This document shows positions 20,361 to 30,686 of a stretch of DNA of 64,000 bases, one piece after another. The notes under the pieces were generated by a model that searched no databases, was not told the origin of the DNA, and was given only the letters and a program-made list of their open reading frames with translations. The position numbers were made by a program, and so were the translations under genes. Every line of letters starts with the position of its first letter. The first letter of the stretch is position 1. The stretch is taken from sequence record SRR2962707_1122; one strand, given 5' to 3'.

Positions 20361-20964
20361 AGATAAATTTGCGGTGAGGTGCATTGCTGGATTTGCGCCT
20401 CAAACTTGATGGCCAGAGTTCTGTAGGGTGCAGGTCTCGAGCAACACCTCTATGTGGTCTGTTTTTTTCTCTAAGTGGACCTGTCAAGCCTCACACGTTC
20501 AGACAGAAAATCATGTTTTTTGTCCAAAAGTAGACACTCGAGCAACCACCGGCATTGGTCGATATGGGCTCTTTGCTGCGGTGGAAAGCGTCGTGTGATG
20601 CCGAAGCGTCTGCTTTTATTCAAAAGAAATCTATCCAGGCAAGGCTGCTCAAAGAGCGTCTGGCCACGCAAACCAATCCAAGCCGAAGAATTTTCTTGGT
20701 AAGGTTCAATGATCGCGTCGGCGGCATCTTTTGACTTTTCGATTACCTTTCTGTGAAAATCGGTAAGTTACCTCTCCTGCATGCAGCTGCATCGTCGTCC
20801 TTTATGCAAAGGGCAGCAATCTGCGCTTTGGGCGAAAACGGAAATTTCACAGCTAAATGCACCAAAGTATAGAGTACGGACATAGTCGGCGTTGCCTTCC
20901 GCTCAGCTCGCGACCACATCACAAATACTGCAACAGGAAAGCAAGTCGTGTGGGGCAGAGATAG

Positions 20965-21999
20965 TCAGTACCAATCGAGCTCAGAAACGTTTTCTTTCAT
21001 GACAATATGAGCCGGAAGGAACACGGATGAAGGCACCGAATGACCTGCTCGTTTAAGGGCAATGACCTTTAAGCCTTCTGACAGAACGTCATAGTTATTC
21101 GTTCCGATCTGGGCCCCGACAAGATCGCGTTGAAGCAAGTCTTTGAGCGGGCTGAAGAGTTCGTGCCCGATAATAAAGGTCCGGTTCTCGGGGCTTTGGT
21201 CTTTGATCGCGTTTGTCAGGCCGACGACGCCAGAAGACGGAGAATAGACAGCGTCGACATGGCAGCCCTGCTGAATAAGGTCTTCAAGTAGCGCTTGCGC
21301 CTCCTCGTTGCGACCTGACATGGTGGGAAGCTCGACAATACGCCCTTTGAAGTTCAGGTTGCGCAATGTCGATCGAAACCCCATCTCGCGCTCGCCCTCA
21401 CAGCGCCAGTTGCGTCCGATGTGCAGAGCAACCAGCTGATCCGCGCTGTTTGAACGCAAAGCGACCAGGCGGGCGGCCATCCTTCCCGCTGCGACTTGAT
21501 CCATTCCAACATAGCCGAGCCGCCGAGAGCCTGGAAAGTCTGTGGTGACACAGACGACTTCAGTTCCTGCGCTAACAGTTTCGTTGATTTGCCCGACCAT
21601 AGCTGCGCTTGTGCGGGCGACCAGAATGATCCCATCGAGCCCCTGCGAAACGTCACGCATTTCGTTGGCGGCTTCGAGAACGCTTTCCGAATTGAACTGC
21701 AGAACTTTCGGCGTGTGCTTTAGGCCAAAACGAGCGGCAAAGCGCGGGACGAGGTCTTGATACGCTTTATTCAGCATTCCTGTTGTGTTCAGAACAAAAC
21801 CTACGCGCAGGTCTGTAATATCAATTGAGCCACTTTTACGGGCGCCTTCATTCAACACCTCAATTGCGGCTTCGACTTTTTGCCGTGTCTTTTCGCGAAC
21901 GCCGGGGCGGTTGTTCAGAACCCGATCGACCGTTGCGGTGCTTACATCAGCCGTGAAAGCAATTTGCTTGATCGCAGGCGTGGTGAATTTGGTTTTCAC
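20965..21999 (-). CDS. LacI family regulator
   Basis: IKQIAFTADVSTATVDRVLNNRPGV HTH; GTG start with AGGAAAGGA RBS (ORF track starts at 22059). Confidence 0.9.
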   Translation of the reverse strand: MKTKFTTPAIKQIAFTADVSTATVDRVLNNRPGVREKTRQKVEAAIEVLNEGARKSGSIDITDLRVGFVLNTTGMLNKAYQDLVPRFAARFGLKHTPKVLQFNSESVLEAANEMRDVSQGLDGIILVARTSAAMVGQINETVSAGTEVVCVTTDFPGSRRLGYVGMDQVAAGRMAARLVALRSNSADQLVALHIGRNWRCEGEREMGFRSTLRNLNFKGRIVELPTMSGRNEEAQALLEDLIQQGCHVDAVYSPSSGVVGLTNAIKDQSPENRTFIIGHELFSPLKDLLQRDLVGAQIGTNNYDVLSEGLKVIALKRAGHSVPSSVFLPAHIVMKENVSELDWY

Positions 22000-22148
22000 G
22001 GCGTGTCCTTTCCTTGATTTGACAAGCCTGTCGCTGCCCTGATGGAAATGATACATCAAATGATGTCACTTTAGTGTATTTTTGTAGACTCGATTTTCTT
22101 TCGATGCCAGCAGTGAATGCGAGGATAACGATCACATGGGAGGAAACT

Positions 22149-23732
22149 ATGTTTTTCTACACTAAACAGAGCATTTGCGCAGCCATCTTGGGGGTGTCGT
22201 TAATCGCACCTGCGGCGCAGGCTGAAACCACTTTGCGCTACATGGGACTGTCAAAGTTGGACATGCTAGATCCTATTTGGACCACGAATTACGGCGTGCG
22301 CGATCACGGGTACCTAATTTACGACACTTTGTTTGCCCAAGATTCTGAAGGTAGTATTCAACCTCAAATGATTGATTCATGGTCGATCAGTGAGGATCAA
22401 ATGGTCTACACTTTCACGCTTCGTGAAGGCCTGAAATTCCATGACGGGGCCCCTGTCACCAGCGCAGACGTTATCGCGTCGCTGGGGCGCTGGATGCAAA
22501 AGGACACGTTTGGCGTTGAAATTAAAAACAGGCTCGCGTCGATGGATGCCGTGGATGACACCAAGTTCACCTTGTCGCTGACAGAACCTTTCGGCTTGGT
22601 TGTCGAAGCCCTTGGCAAAACGGCGTCCAGTGTTCCGTTCATTATGCCAGCGCGGATCGCTAGTGGCTCTGTCGATGATCAAATTTCTGATCCCGTTGGG
22701 TCAGGGCCATTTAAGTTTGTATTGGATGACTGGCAGCCCGGCGTCAAAGCGGTCTACGAAAAATTCGACGAATATGTGCCCCGCGACGAGGCCCCTTCGG
22801 GTTTGGCTGGCGGTAAGGTTGCCATGGTCGATCGAATTGAACGTGTGTTCTTTCCAGATGACATTACTGCAGTGAACGCGCTCTCAACGGGTGAAATCGA
22901 CTATATCCCACAATTTCAACCTGATCTGATCCCTATTCTTGCAGGGTCCAGTGACGTGGTGGTGCAGCCGCACAATCCACTTGGTCAGACAATCCAGATC
23001 ATCCCGAACTTCCTGCAACCGCCAACCAACGACGTGCGGGTGCGCCAAGCCATGCAATTGGCGCTTGGACAAGAAGACTATATGACCTCTATTCTTGGGT
23101 CCTATGACGAACTTTACAGCTATTGTCCGTCGATCTTTATGTGTGGAACAGCACTGGAAAATGACGCGAATAGTGAACGGCAGATGTCTCAAGATGCCGA
23201 GGCAGCAAAAGCATTGCTCGCGGAAGCTGGCTATGACGGAACACCGATCACTTTGCTGCATGCCACTGACGTCAGTGATCAACGTACGGGCGGTTCTGTC
23301 ACAGCGCAGCGCCTTCGTGAAGCCGGGTTTGTGGTGGACGATGTTGTCTCAGACTGGGCGACCGTTGCCCAGCGTCGTGCGAACAAAGCGCCGATTGCAG
23401 AGGGCGGTTGGAATGTTTTCCAAACAGGTTGGGATGGCATGGCGCTGCAAAGTCCGCTTACGAACGTGTATGTCAGCGGGGCTTGCGATGATGCTTGGTA
23501 CGGCTGGAACTGTTCCGAAACGCTGCAACAGCTGAAGCAAGACTTTATCAATGCGACCTCGGATGCTGAACGCAAGGCAATCGGTGAAGCCATGCAGCAG
23601 GAAGCCTACGAGATTGTTTCAGTGATTATGATGGGGCAATACACTCAAGCCAGTGCGTGGTCAGCCAAGCTTGACGGGATGCGTCAAGCCACAGTGACAA
23701 CGAACCTCTGGGGTGTCTCTAAGGCGGACTAA
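22149..23732 (+). CDS. ABC transporter substrate-binding protein, family 5 (DppA/OppA-like)
   Basis: Signal peptide, LDPIWTT, IYDTL, YTFTLREGLKFHDG, GSGPF; GGAGG RBS. Confidence 0.92.
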   Translation: MFFYTKQSICAAILGVSLIAPAAQAETTLRYMGLSKLDMLDPIWTTNYGVRDHGYLIYDTLFAQDSEGSIQPQMIDSWSISEDQMVYTFTLREGLKFHDGAPVTSADVIASLGRWMQKDTFGVEIKNRLASMDAVDDTKFTLSLTEPFGLVVEALGKTASSVPFIMPARIASGSVDDQISDPVGSGPFKFVLDDWQPGVKAVYEKFDEYVPRDEAPSGLAGGKVAMVDRIERVFFPDDITAVNALSTGEIDYIPQFQPDLIPILAGSSDVVVQPHNPLGQTIQIIPNFLQPPTNDVRVRQAMQLALGQEDYMTSILGSYDELYSYCPSIFMCGTALENDANSERQMSQDAEAAKALLAEAGYDGTPITLLHATDVSDQRTGGSVTAQRLREAGFVVDDVVSDWATVAQRRANKAPIAEGGWNVFQTGWDGMALQSPLTNVYVSGACDDAWYGWNCSETLQQLKQDFINATSDAERKAIGEAMQQEAYEIVSVIMMGQYTQASAWSAKLDGMRQATVTTNLWGVSKAD

Positions 23733-23821
23733 GCGCAAGCGTTTCGACCCAGGCGGATTTCATATTCGACTGGGTCTACGCCAAAGAGTTCCCCAGTCTC
23801 CCCCAGAAAAAGAAGACACTC

Positions 23822-24763
23822 ATGTTTAAGTATATCTCCGGAAGGCTTTTGGCTTCAGTTCCGATTGTTCTGTTCGTTGCCGTTTTTGTGTTCCTGCTAA
23901 GCCACCTTGCGCCGGGCGATCCTGCGGCCTTAATCGCAGGCGAAAACGCCACGCCTGAGCAAATCGCGCAGATCAGAGACAGATTGCATCTGGACGAACC
24001 GCTTGTGACGCAATTTGGGTATTGGTTTTCAGATATCCTGCGCTTTGATTTGGGGAACTCTATTTTTTCAAACAGGCCGGTCACTGAACTGATCGCGGCG
24101 CGCTTGGAGCCAACGTTGGTGCTGACCAGTTTGACGATTGTTCTGACGATCGTCTTGGCCGTACCCGCCGGCGTGATGGCTGCGTGGAAGGTCAACTCGA
24201 CGTCGGATCGTTCGATCATGATCCTATCGGTTCTTGGGTTTTCGGTACCTGCCTTCTTGATCGGCTATGCCAATATGTATGTCTTTGCGCTGAAGCTGGG
24301 GTGGTTTCCTGTGCAAGGATACGCCAACCTGAGTGACGGTGTCTTGGGCACGTTGCGGTCTGTCGCACTTCCTGCGTTTACCATTACTCTCGTGTTCTGG
24401 GCCTTAGTTGCGCGCATCACGCGTGCCGCGATGATCGAAATCTTGCAAGAAGGCTATACGCGTACCGCACGTGCAAAAGGGTTGAGCGAAGGAAAAGTTC
24501 TTTTTGTTCACGCACTCAAAAACGCAGGCGTGCCCATTTCCACTGTCATCGGTGTTGGGATTGCGATCCTTATTTCGGGCGTTGTGGTCACGGAATCCGT
24601 ATTTAACATCCCCGGAATTGGACGGCTTGTCGTCGATGCAATCACCCAGCGCGATTTCCCCGTCGTACAAGGCACCATGATCTTTTTCTCGGTCGTTTTG
24701 ATTTTCGTCAATCTTCTTGTGGATCTGAGCTACGTGCTTTTTGACCCGCGGATCCGGTACTGA
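23822..24763 (+). CDS. Peptide-type ABC permease (DppB-like)
   Basis: PGDPA, DLGNS, TARAKGL, ESVFNIPGIG, DPRIRY. Confidence 0.92.
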   Translation: MFKYISGRLLASVPIVLFVAVFVFLLSHLAPGDPAALIAGENATPEQIAQIRDRLHLDEPLVTQFGYWFSDILRFDLGNSIFSNRPVTELIAARLEPTLVLTSLTIVLTIVLAVPAGVMAAWKVNSTSDRSIMILSVLGFSVPAFLIGYANMYVFALKLGWFPVQGYANLSDGVLGTLRSVALPAFTITLVFWALVARITRAAMIEILQEGYTRTARAKGLSEGKVLFVHALKNAGVPISTVIGVGIAILISGVVVTESVFNIPGIGRLVVDAITQRDFPVVQGTMIFFSVVLIFVNLLVDLSYVLFDPRIRY

Positions 24764-24772
24764 GGCCATAAT

Positions 24773-25663
24773 ATGAGCAATTCCCAAGCCGTGCCGCAAC
24801 AACATGTCCAGCGATCGCGAATGGCGGACTTTCGGCAGTTTCTCCGTGAATTTACAGATGGCCGTGTCGAAAAAGCCGCCGTTTTGATTTTGATCGCAGC
24901 GGTCTTAATCTCGATTGTCGCTCCGATGATTTACCACAGCTATTCTGACATCAACCCATTGGCCAGAATGAAACCGCCAAGTGGCGACCACTTTTTCGGG
25001 ACAGATCACCTTGGCCGTGATGTGTTTGAACGCACGATGGTTGGCACAAGGAATTCACTTATCATCGGTTTCAGCGTTGCCATCGCAACCACGATCATTG
25101 GCTGCTTTCTTGGGCTGGTGTCCGGCTTTATCAGTTTTGGTGACAAGATCATCATGCGTTTGATGGACGGCTTTATGGCAATTCCAAATGTGCTGTTGGC
25201 TATTGCGCTTGTTGCCTTGATGGGATCGAGCCTGCTGACAATTATCATTGCCATTTCCGTGCCTGAAATCCCACGCATGGCACGGATCGTGCGCAGCGTC
25301 GTCGTGTCGCTCAAGGAAATGCCGTTCATTGATGCCGCCGTGACCATGGGGACGCCTAAATGGAAAATCTTACTACGTCATCTGCTGCCAAACACGGTTG
25401 GCGCTTTGTCTGTTCAGGCAACGGCAACCTGTGCTTCGGCGATTATGACTGAAGCGATCTTGAGCTTTCTCGGCGCTGGCACCCCCCCCAATATTCCAAG
25501 CTGGGGCGGGATTATCGCGGAAAGCAGGGTCTTTTTCCAAATCGCGCCTTGGGCCATTGGTTTTCCAGGTTTGATGCTGTCGTTGCTTGTTTTGTCCGTG
25601 AATATTCTGGGGGACCGGCTGCGTGAAGTCTTGGACCCTCGGGTTGCGCGTAGGAGGTCTTGA
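24773..25663 (+). CDS. Peptide-type ABC permease (DppC-like)
   Basis: HFFGTDHLGRD, DAAVTMG, RHLLPN, LSFLG, PSWG. Confidence 0.92.
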   Translation: MSNSQAVPQQHVQRSRMADFRQFLREFTDGRVEKAAVLILIAAVLISIVAPMIYHSYSDINPLARMKPPSGDHFFGTDHLGRDVFERTMVGTRNSLIIGFSVAIATTIIGCFLGLVSGFISFGDKIIMRLMDGFMAIPNVLLAIALVALMGSSLLTIIIAISVPEIPRMARIVRSVVVSLKEMPFIDAAVTMGTPKWKILLRHLLPNTVGALSVQATATCASAIMTEAILSFLGAGTPPNIPSWGGIIAESRVFFQIAPWAIGFPGLMLSLLVLSVNILGDRLREVLDPRVARRRS

Positions 25664-25664
25664 G

Positions 25665-26663
25665 ATGAGTGTGAATAAGAAAATTTTAGAGGTGAAGGGG
25701 CTGAATATCCGGTTCGGATCCGCCGTCGCACCCACAGTCGAAGATCTGTCGTTTGATCTACGGGCGGGCGAAACACTGTGTCTTGTTGGCGAATCTGGAT
25801 CTGGAAAATCAATCAGCGCCTTAAGCTTATTGGGTCTTTTGCCTGAAAGCGCCCATGCGACAGCAGACCGTTTCATGTTTGACGGGGTCGAAATTGACCC
25901 CAAAGACAGACAGGCGTTGAAGGCGTTGCGGGGTCAAGGTGTCGCGATGATTTTTCAAGACCCCATGTCGTCGCTGAATCCTGCCTTCACCATTGGCTAT
26001 CAGATGATCGAGGCAATACGGCTTGCTCCAAACATCAGCAAACGAGAGGCGAAAGAAAAGGCGATCCACTATCTTGAGTTGGTCCGGATCGCAGATGCGG
26101 CCAAGCGGATGCAAGGCTACCCACATCAGCTTTCGGGTGGCATGCGGCAACGCGTGATGATTGCGATGGCCTTGTCCCGCAATCCCAAAGTGTTGATCGC
26201 GGATGAGCCGACCACAGCGCTTGATGTGACGATCCAAGCTCAAATCTTAGCTTTGATTGATGACATTAAAAAGGAACTGGGCACCGCGGTTTTGTTCATC
26301 ACCCATGATCTGGGTGTTGTTGCCGAAACGGCCGATCGCGTGGCGGTGATGTACGCGGGGCGCATGGTCGAAGCTGGCCAAGTGGCCGAAGTGTTCGATA
26401 GCCCGCAGCACGCTTACACAATCGGTTTGATGCGCGCGAGCCCCCGTACTGCAGCAGGACAAAGGCGTCTGAATGATATTCCGGGCTCTGTGCCTGAGCT
26501 GCGTGACCGCCCGCAAGGATGCACGTTCGCGCCACGTTGCGCGGTTACGATCTCTGCCTGCCAAGTGCCTGGCGCTGAAAAGGCAGTGCAGGTTGGAACG
26601 CATTTAAGCCGCTGCATGAGACGTGATGAATTGGGCGCTTTACTAGGAGCGACACATGTCTGA
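25665..26663 (+). CDS. Peptide-type ABC ATP-binding protein (DppD-like)
   Basis: [24 protein letters not shown]-terminal Cys motif. Confidence 0.93.
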   Translation: MSVNKKILEVKGLNIRFGSAVAPTVEDLSFDLRAGETLCLVGESGSGKSISALSLLGLLPESAHATADRFMFDGVEIDPKDRQALKALRGQGVAMIFQDPMSSLNPAFTIGYQMIEAIRLAPNISKREAKEKAIHYLELVRIADAAKRMQGYPHQLSGGMRQRVMIAMALSRNPKVLIADEPTTALDVTIQAQILALIDDIKKELGTAVLFITHDLGVVAETADRVAVMYAGRMVEAGQVAEVFDSPQHAYTIGLMRASPRTAAGQRRLNDIPGSVPELRDRPQGCTFAPRCAVTISACQVPGAEKAVQVGTHLSRCMRRDELGALLGATHV

Positions 26664-27612
26664 AGCATTGTTGGAGACAAAAGACCTTTCGAAAGCCTTT
26701 AAAATTGGAAAGGGGAAATCCCTTAAAGCCGTGAGCAATGTTTCCCTGAGGCTCAATAAAGGGGAAACGCTTGCCATCGTGGGGGAAAGCGGTTGTGGAA
26801 AGTCGACGCTTGCGCGGCTTTTGTTGCGCCTCGAACAGGCAACATCTGGCGGCATTGAATTTGACGGAAAAGACATTTCCGAGATTTCTGGCGCTGCCGA
26901 AAAGCAGTGGCGTCGCAATGTCCAAATGGTGTTTCAGGACCCCTATACCTCGTTAAATCCTCGGATGGTCGCGCATGATGCGATCCGTGAACCGCTGGAC
27001 AATTACGCCGAGGGCACCAAAAAAGAGCGCAACCAGAAGGTCCATGATCTGCTGCATCGTGTAGGTCTGAACGCTGACTTTGGCCAACGGTATCCGCATG
27101 AGCTTTCAGGCGGACAATGCCAGCGGCTTGGGATTGCGCGCGCATTGGCGTTGCACCCAAAAGTGCTGATTGCCGACGAGCCTGTGTCTGCATTGGATGT
27201 ATCAATACAAGCGCAGGTTTTGAATCTCATGATGGACCTGCAAGCCGATCTTGGGATCTCTATCGTGTTTGTTTCACATGATCTGTCTGTCGTCCGTCAT
27301 ATCAGCGACCGCGTTGTCGTTATGTATCTGGGCCGCATTGTCGAAGAAGGCCCGGTTGAAATCGTGCTCGACACCCCATCGCATCCTTACACTAAGGCCT
27401 TGCTGGATTCCGTCCCGATTGATCATCCCTCCAAACGGCGCAGCAAAACGCTTTTGTCTGGCGAAGTCGCAAGTCCGCTCAATCCTCCGAGCGGCTGCGC
27501 GTTTAGAACACGGTGCCCTGTCGCGACACCTCAATGTGCGCAAGCTATCCCTAAACTTCGCAGCGTGGGCCCAAAGGTCTCAGCCGCCTGTATATTGTTG
27601 GAGCCAAAATGA
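26656..27612 (+). CDS. Peptide-type ABC ATP-binding protein (DppF-like)
   Basis: GESGCGKS, LSGGQCQR, HPYT, PPSGCAFRTRCP. Confidence 0.93.
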   Translation: MSEALLETKDLSKAFKIGKGKSLKAVSNVSLRLNKGETLAIVGESGCGKSTLARLLLRLEQATSGGIEFDGKDISEISGAAEKQWRRNVQMVFQDPYTSLNPRMVAHDAIREPLDNYAEGTKKERNQKVHDLLHRVGLNADFGQRYPHELSGGQCQRLGIARALALHPKVLIADEPVSALDVSIQAQVLNLMMDLQADLGISIVFVSHDLSVVRHISDRVVVMYLGRIVEEGPVEIVLDTPSHPYTKALLDSVPIDHPSKRRSKTLLSGEVASPLNPPSGCAFRTRCPVATPQCAQAIPKLRSVGPKVSAACILLEPK

Positions 27613-28586
27613 AGCTTCCAAGACATCTCCGGGAACACTACGCCACACTCGACCCTGACGTTCGCGAAATACTCGAATGGAATGCCGAGCATGCAGCCCC
27701 CCAAAGTGCGAGTATCGCAGAACTGCGCAGGCGTCATACTGAAATGGCTGCTGTCTTTGATATCGTTCCTGCACAGGTCGCCGGTACCAAGGACTTAACG
27801 GTTCCGAACACCCGCCAACCCGCGTCAATCCGGATTTACGAACCTGTTGAAACCTGTGCAGGCGGCGAAGACGCGGCAATATTCTTTGCCCACGGGGGGG
27901 CTTGGATTGTTGGAAATATTGCGAGCCACGACAATCTGTGTCGACAAATCTGCGCTGCCACTGGGGTAAAGGTCATAAGTGCGGATTATGGAATGGCGCC
28001 AGAAAACCCTTTTCCGTATCAAACAGAAGACTGCATCCGTATCTATGACTGGGCGCTTTCACAGGCAGCGAGCTTCGGTATCAAGCCGGAAAAGGTCATA
28101 CTTTGCGGGGATAGTTCTGGCGCAAATTTGGTCGCGGTTCTGTCGCATGACTTAAAAAGCCGCAATGGGGTAATGCCAATAGGCCAAGTGCTGATTTACC
28201 CAAGCGTGGCGTTGTCCAAACATCGAGACTATCCATCATGGAAAACCTATCCAACGGGGTATCTCATCGGAGAAGCGTCGTTGGCGCGCACCATTGAGCA
28301 CTACCTGCGTGACGAAGCAGACCTCACGGATCCAGGGGTCAGCCCGTTGCTCTTTGAGGATTTCTCAGGTCTTCCTCCTGCGCTCGTCATCACAGCAGAG
28401 CACGATCCAATACGTGATGGCGGGCGCGAATATGCCGAAAAGCTTGTTGCTGCTGGAGTTGAAACGCATTTTGTAGAGTGCGCCGGCACCATTCATGGCT
28501 TCATGACCTATGGAAAACCATGGGGAGAAATTGAACGCGCATTGGGGCAAATAAAGACCTTTGTGCACCAATCGCTTATGCCTTAG
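27609..28586 (+). CDS. Alpha/beta hydrolase, HSL family (family IV esterase)
   Basis: HGGAW, GDSSG nucleophile elbow, HDPIRD, HGF. Confidence 0.9.
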   Translation: MKLPRHLREHYATLDPDVREILEWNAEHAAPQSASIAELRRRHTEMAAVFDIVPAQVAGTKDLTVPNTRQPASIRIYEPVETCAGGEDAAIFFAHGGAWIVGNIASHDNLCRQICAATGVKVISADYGMAPENPFPYQTEDCIRIYDWALSQAASFGIKPEKVILCGDSSGANLVAVLSHDLKSRNGVMPIGQVLIYPSVALSKHRDYPSWKTYPTGYLIGEASLARTIEHYLRDEADLTDPGVSPLLFEDFSGLPPALVITAEHDPIRDGGREYAEKLVAAGVETHFVECAGTIHGFMTYGKPWGEIERALGQIKTFVHQSLMP

Positions 28587-29108
28587 CTGGGATTGAGAGG
28601 GCCGTCTTGAGCAAATCCCCCAGAGTTTGAAGCGCGCGCCACCTGAAGCAGGTGCTGTCAGACGACTGCAAAGACACCTAAAAAGGCCAGGCGATCAATT
28701 TCTAGCGGGCGCACATGTCTTGCGAACCGCTAAATGACCGATCACGCAAAAGTTTGGCTCTGAGGCGGCAAAGTACGTGACGTTGAGGGCCGAACAGGTT
28801 GAATGTTGCAGCGTGAATCCACATACATTTTTACAAACTGCACATAGCTTTAAATCGGCACGTGGTCTTTGTCGCTAGCATAAATTTGGGTTTGAGTGTT
28901 CCAAAGGGGGTGCAATTGTGCTGCTTGATGGCGATCTAAAAGGCGCAACGTGCTGCTCGATCGGGACCCAATTAGTCCTTTGCGACCTCATGCAGGGGCA
29001 TATGCATAGCGAGACGTTTTCTAAAGCCCTTAAAGCGTGCGCTGCGATTTCTACACTTTGGAACAAGGCCCTAAAGTTAGATTCCTTTCATGACCGATAG
29101 CGTACCAC

Positions 29109-29315
29109 TGGACCTGCCCAGCTTTCGAGCCGCCCTAAGTGCTCGTTTATGCCAGCTTCCATTCAAAAGCGATGGGGCTTTTCGATCCCAGTGTAGAGTG
29201 CCGTCGTCGGGGATTGTCGAAGCCATTGATGTATTCAAAGATCGCCATCTCAGCTTGTCGGCGTGTTTTCCTATGTCCGTCGCCGGATCAACTCAGCTTT
29301 GATAGTTTTGAAGAG
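29109..29315 (-). mobile_element. IS3-family remnant (3' end of the integrase ORF plus terminal repeat)
   Basis: Minus strand reads FKTIKAELIRRRT*, then after a frameshift TRRQAEMAIFEYINGFDNPRRRHSTLGSKSPIAFE; end sequence TGGACCTGCC at 29109. Confidence 0.82.
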
Positions 29316-29319
29316 GGTG

Positions 29320-29495
29320 AGAAGGATCAAAAGACGACGCGCCATCGACGCGCAGTTTACCGTGGGACTGCAGAAAGCAAGGCTCCGGGCGCGCTATCTG
29401 CGCGTCGCTCAACCAGAAAAGATCAGACATGCCACCCCTCTGTATTCAGACGATGAAGCATGACACTATCACAAAATCAACGGATCCTGACCCTA
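29320..29495 (-). mobile_element. IS5-family remnant (left end plus 5' start of the transposase)
   Basis: ATG at 29430 gives MSDLFWLSDAQIARPEPCFLQSHGKLRVD, a decayed form of the MSDLFWLTDAQMARLEPFFPKSHGKPRVDDRR-type N-terminus; upstream end CTAGGGTCAGGATCCGTTGATTT. Confidence 0.78.
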
Positions 29496-29622
29496 GGCGC
29501 TGGATCTACTGAAAAGGGGCAGTGGCTCAACGCTCCCATTGGCAGCCCGGTTTTCCCTGCGACAGAGTGTGCCGTCCAAGTCGGCTATGCGCTGCCAGCG
29601 GGCTCATAGGCTTTCAAGGGTA

Positions 29623-30201
29623 TCAGGTTCCGGAGGATCCAAGCGGATGCATCAAGCGGTTTGCCCAACCAAAAATTGCAATTGCATGAATAAGATCGAC
29701 AATTTCTGAGTTGGTCATTCCGGCGTTTTTCAGATCGGAAATATGCTGATCGTTTGCACTGGGCGGGGTCGTTGAAAGGGCTTTTGCAAAGGCAACGATT
29801 GCGCCGTCCCGATCAGTCATCGCGTCGGGTCGTTCGAAAAAGAGCGAAGATATCACCTTTGACGAGCCTGCCAACGAGGCATGCCTGCGCGCATGCACGT
29901 TCGCACAATACTTGCAGCCGTTGGTCAATGATGCGGCAAGCGCCCCAAGTTCCCGATCAGCGCGCGACAGACCGCCTTCGACATACATGATGTCGTTAAA
30001 CAATTGTGTCCTTGCGACATAGCTTTCTGGGTCATGCGCCAGCGTACGCACATAGGGTGACACCTTGGATTTGGAGGGCGTCACCTGCATCGCGTCCAAT
30101 TGTTCAGCCGATGCTTGAGGCACCTCGACAGGAGGTAAATGGGGCGCCCATTTGAGTGGTTTGAGTTTAATACGCGGTAGGACGTGAGTTGTTGCAGTCA
30201 T
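29623..30201 (-). CDS. Alkylhydroperoxidase AhpD/CMD-family protein (Avi_7169-like)
   Basis: LSRADRELGALAASLTNGCKYCANVHA (CxxC), FGWANRLM. Confidence 0.85.
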   Translation of the reverse strand: MTATTHVLPRIKLKPLKWAPHLPPVEVPQASAEQLDAMQVTPSKSKVSPYVRTLAHDPESYVARTQLFNDIMYVEGGLSRADRELGALAASLTNGCKYCANVHARRHASLAGSSKVISSLFFERPDAMTDRDGAIVAFAKALSTTPPSANDQHISDLKNAGMTNSEIVDLIHAIAIFGWANRLMHPLGSSGT

Positions 30202-30686
30202 TCCTGATATTCCAATAGTGATAGTCCATGCGCGACTTGCGCTTGAAAGCAGACAAAAGCCAAAAGCTCGGACAGGGCGATAACCTGTGGGGTCTTAAGG
30301 CCTGCGGACAGGAGGTTTTCCAAATGGGCTTTTGACACCTGTCCGGGGGCAAGGGCGATTTCGTCGGCATAATTTGCAATCACGCTCAGCTGTTTGTCTG
30401 TGGGGCTTTTTCCTTCTGACATTGCCTGCAACTTGGCGTCACGCGGAAGTGGGTAGTCGGCGACCAGAGACCCGTTGCCCAAAGTCTTTGCGACGCGCCG
30501 TGCAATGGCAGCCCGCAAATCAGGGCTTAGTCCTAAGTCATCCTTGGGGGTAAGAACGGAAGCCTGACAGGCATGGCCCCCTTGAATAAACTCTGGCCTG
30601 AGGGCGCGGAGTTCAAAAATTGGGCCCTTTGGCTCTAGGCCTGCTGCACGATCAAACGTATCGGGTCGCATATCAAGAGTATTCAT
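30198..30686 (-). CDS. CMD-domain protein (Avi_7170-like), without the CxxC motif
   Basis: LRAAIARRVA, LLSAGLKTPQVIALSELLAFVCFQAQVAHGL; coupled to the AhpD-like gene. Confidence 0.72.
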   Translation of the reverse strand: MNTLDMRPDTFDRAAGLEPKGPIFELRALRPEFIQGGHACQASVLTPKDDLGLSPDLRAAIARRVAKTLGNGSLVADYPLPRDAKLQAMSEGKSPTDKQLSVIANYADEIALAPGQVSKAHLENLLSAGLKTPQVIALSELLAFVCFQAQVAHGLSLLEYQE

